A stretch of 64,000 nucleotides of DNA. It comes from a virus. The stretch covers positions 123,665-187,664 of the IMG/VR virus record IMGVR_UViG_3300033146_004128. The stretch is one strand, 5' to 3'. The position numbers and the translations under genes are program-made. The stretch's first letter is position 1, and the number at the start of each line of letters is the position of its first letter. Positions 62,157 to 64,000 of this stretch are shown here, piece after piece. Below the pieces are notes generated by a model. That model worked only from the letters and a program-made list of their open reading frames with translations, made no database searches and had not been told where the DNA came from.

Positions 62157-63313
62157 ATTTTTCAGGAATAATGAATCTTGCCTTTAATCTAGAGCAAGAA
62201 AGAACAAGCAATGAAAGAATGACATATACAGGTCACGACGTAAAAGTCGGAGCCAGTACAGTTGCTGGGTGTGCAAGAAAAGCAGCCTTTCCAATTCTGT
62301 TTGGAGAGGAACCACCAACCCTTGAGGAATTCTTTCGGATGAGAAAGGGGAACGTGGCAGAAGGTGTTGTCGAGGGGAACTTAGACATACTTGGAATACA
62401 GTACGAGAAGCAGGGAGAGTACAAAGGAGAAGGTCAGTTCGACTTCATCTTGGTTCACCCAGACATCTTCATTGATGCTAACGCACCAGGGGATAATCTT
62501 TCTGCTGAGGCTACAGAGTTCATCCAGAGATCGAAAGACAAAGGTTGTGATTATATTCTATACGAATTGAAGACAACCAATGCTATCCCGTCTGAGCCTC
62601 ATGACTATTGGGTTAGGCAGACAAACCTGCAAGCTCAATATATTGCAGATTCTCTTGGGATAGAACCTGAGAAGATAGACATCTATGTGTATGCTATCGA
62701 ACTTAATGATGGAAGAAATGCTGAGTTTAATATAGAGTTTGAAGTTGAAGAGGTCCTGATTGCACAAGATGATGCGTTGAGTTTTGCATCTGTTATTGAG
62801 GATTATATTCAGTATGCCAATAAAGAAAAAGATGCAATGGAGTTCACAATCCATGATGTAAACAGAAGAGTTGGAAATCTATGTTCAATATGTAAATTTG
62901 CACATAATTGTCTTGGAAGTGGAGAAACAGTTGAACTTCCTGACGACCTGGCCAGATCAGTCTCTGACGTTAAAGAGTGGGCTAAGCAAGAGAAGAATAT
63001 GAAAGCTCATAAGGAAGAAGTTAAGCAGTTCATGCTAAACTTAGGGGCAAAAAAGGCTAAGACATCGGGATTCAAGGTCACTTTAAAAGGTGGAAATAAG
63101 AAAGATGTCATAAACCCGGACTCATATACAGACGAAGAAAAACTTGCACTTGCAAAGAAGGATGCCAACCTGATAAAGATAGACGAAAAACAACTCTCAC
63201 GATATTTCGGTACTGAAGACGATAGTATGAAATGGGTAACTGACGAGAAGCATCTTAAAGAAAAAGTGTCTGCACTATCTGTAATGATTACCGAGGTAAA
63301 AAAAGAGGAGTAG
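62153..63313 (+). CDS. Cas4-like PD-(D/E)XK exonuclease with Fe-S Cys motif (386 aa)
   Basis: GASTVAGC...KG, HPD, YELKTT, QTNLQAQY, CSICKFAHNC; C-terminal coiled coil. Confidence 0.8.
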   Translation: MNFSGIMNLAFNLEQERTSNERMTYTGHDVKVGASTVAGCARKAAFPILFGEEPPTLEEFFRMRKGNVAEGVVEGNLDILGIQYEKQGEYKGEGQFDFILVHPDIFIDANAPGDNLSAEATEFIQRSKDKGCDYILYELKTTNAIPSEPHDYWVRQTNLQAQYIADSLGIEPEKIDIYVYAIELNDGRNAEFNIEFEVEEVLIAQDDALSFASVIEDYIQYANKEKDAMEFTIHDVNRRVGNLCSICKFAHNCLGSGETVELPDDLARSVSDVKEWAKQEKNMKAHKEEVKQFMLNLGAKKAKTSGFKVTLKGGNKKDVINPDSYTDEEKLALAKKDANLIKIDEKQLSRYFGTEDDSMKWVTDEKHLKEKVSALSVMITEVKKEE

Positions 63314-63316
63314 ACA

Positions 63317-64000
63317 ATGAGAGTAAACTTATATAGCGATTTCACGCAGATACCAAATTCTATCATACTTGACAAGGAGTTGTCTGATGGCGCAAAGATG
63401 CTATGGATATATATAGCATCTAAGCCTAGTACATGGAAGTTCTATGACAGGAACCTGAGGGGAGAGGCAGGCTTATCAAGAAGCACACTTCAGCGACGAC
63501 GTATGGAGCTCGTTAAAGCAGGATACCTAGTAGTGCAAGAAAGAGTAGGTGAGTCTGGTGCAACCACAGGTATGGACTATCATATGTTTGATAGCAGAGG
63601 AGACAGAAAATCATATACAGAAAACATAAAGGGTTTGAATATACGAGAGGTAGGGGGTGCCACTGGTGACACCGGGGGGGGTGCCACTGGTGACACCGGG
63701 ACGGGGGTACCACTGGTGACACCCCTTAGTAATACTAATACTAACACTGACCTTAATGTCGCACATGCTCCTGTCGCAACAAAAGTTGACGACGTTGCTC
63801 CTAAAGCTTTTACTGAGACTATGCTGCACAAATGGGCAAAGGACATTGATCGTGCCATCAGGCTAGACAAGCGTACAAAGTCACAGCTCATAGAAGCGAT
63901 AGACTGGATACACAGTGGAACTGGTACTTTTTGGATATCCAATATCATGTCAGGTAAGAAGCTAAGAGAACAGTTTGACAAGATCACAGCACAGAGGAAA
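63317..64000 (+). CDS. lambda-O-like replication initiator, truncated at the window end (not in the ORF track)
   Basis: My translation: N-terminal wHTH FTQIPNSIILDKELSDGAKMLW...GLSRSTLQRRRMELVKAGYL; C-terminal WAKDIDRAIRLDKRT...FWISNIMSGKKLREQFDK typical of O-protein C-domains; SD gaggag. Confidence 0.8.
   Translation, partial: MRVNLYSDFTQIPNSIILDKELSDGAKMLWIYIASKPSTWKFYDRNLRGEAGLSRSTLQRRRMELVKAGYLVVQERVGESGATTGMDYHMFDSRGDRKSYTENIKGLNIREVGGATGDTGGGATGDTGTGVPLVTPLSNTNTNTDLNVAHAPVATKVDDVAPKAFTETMLHKWAKDIDRAIRLDKRTKSQLIEAIDWIHSGTGTFWISNIMSGKKLREQFDKITAQRK
63656..63723. repeat. three 18-bp quasi-palindromic iterons GGT(G/A)CCACTGGTGACACC (putative ori)
   Basis: 63656-73, 63680-97, 63706-23; inside the initiator linker; followed by AT-rich TTAGTAATACTAATACTAA. 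Confidence 0.85.

Noticed and set aside
62153-63313. CRISPR-Cas locus implied by the Cas4-like gene
   Set aside because: No cas1, cas2, effector genes or array in the window; context is a recombination/replication module
63656-63723. CRISPR array (also considered for the 50-bp repeats at 15238-15410 and the 20-bp repeats at 54671/55086)
   Set aside because: Only 2-3 copies, no regular unique spacers of 25-45 bp, and two of the sets lie in coding frames
1-64000. Alternative genetic code (stop-codon reassignment)
   Set aside because: Genes are long and abut each other under the standard code, and TAA, TAG and TGA all terminate genes at tight junctions; no suppressor tRNA
1-64000. Phage nucleus system (chimallin, PhuZ tubulin) or integrase
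   Set aside because: No tubulin GGGTGSG-type motif, chimallin-like ORF or tyrosine/serine recombinase motif recognised in this window; cannot be excluded elsewhere in the genome

Overview
This window is a 64-kb fragment of a large tailed dsDNA phage (Caudoviricetes). It is probably contractile-tailed, with a Gram-negative host. Promoter and SD style hint at Campylobacterota, which is inference only. The standard genetic code fits. Three blocks are visible. (1) 38-10247 (+): large terminase, scaffold-like protein, major capsid protein, a sigma-70-like factor and a neck protein. (2) 10236-53322 (-): a tail-chaperone pair joined by a -1 frameshift, groES-groEL, a 1913-aa tape-measure-like protein, baseplate and fibre genes, a holin-spanin cassette, the C-terminal half of an RNA polymerase beta-prime subunit, a prohead protease and three tRNAs. 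(3) 53399-64000 (mostly +): HNH, amidase endolysin, a MazG-like gene, about 1.45 kb of hairpin-dense non-coding DNA, small early-type genes, an SSAP plus Cas4-like nuclease pair, and a lambda-O-like initiator with internal iterons (truncated by the window end). No portal, tail sheath, integrase or CRISPR array was recognised. The strongest leads are three. First, a candidate giant structured ncRNA at about 56.1-57.2 kb. Second, a K-x-A motif (e.g. LEKVAS) shared by about 10 putative head proteins and the prohead protease itself, including a polyprotein-like gene whose acidic spacers separate cationic amphipathic modules. Third, a split RNA polymerase plus its own sigma factor and chaperonin pair embedded in the morphogenesis operons. 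All functional calls come from motif recognition by eye and need HMM, covariance-model or structural confirmation.
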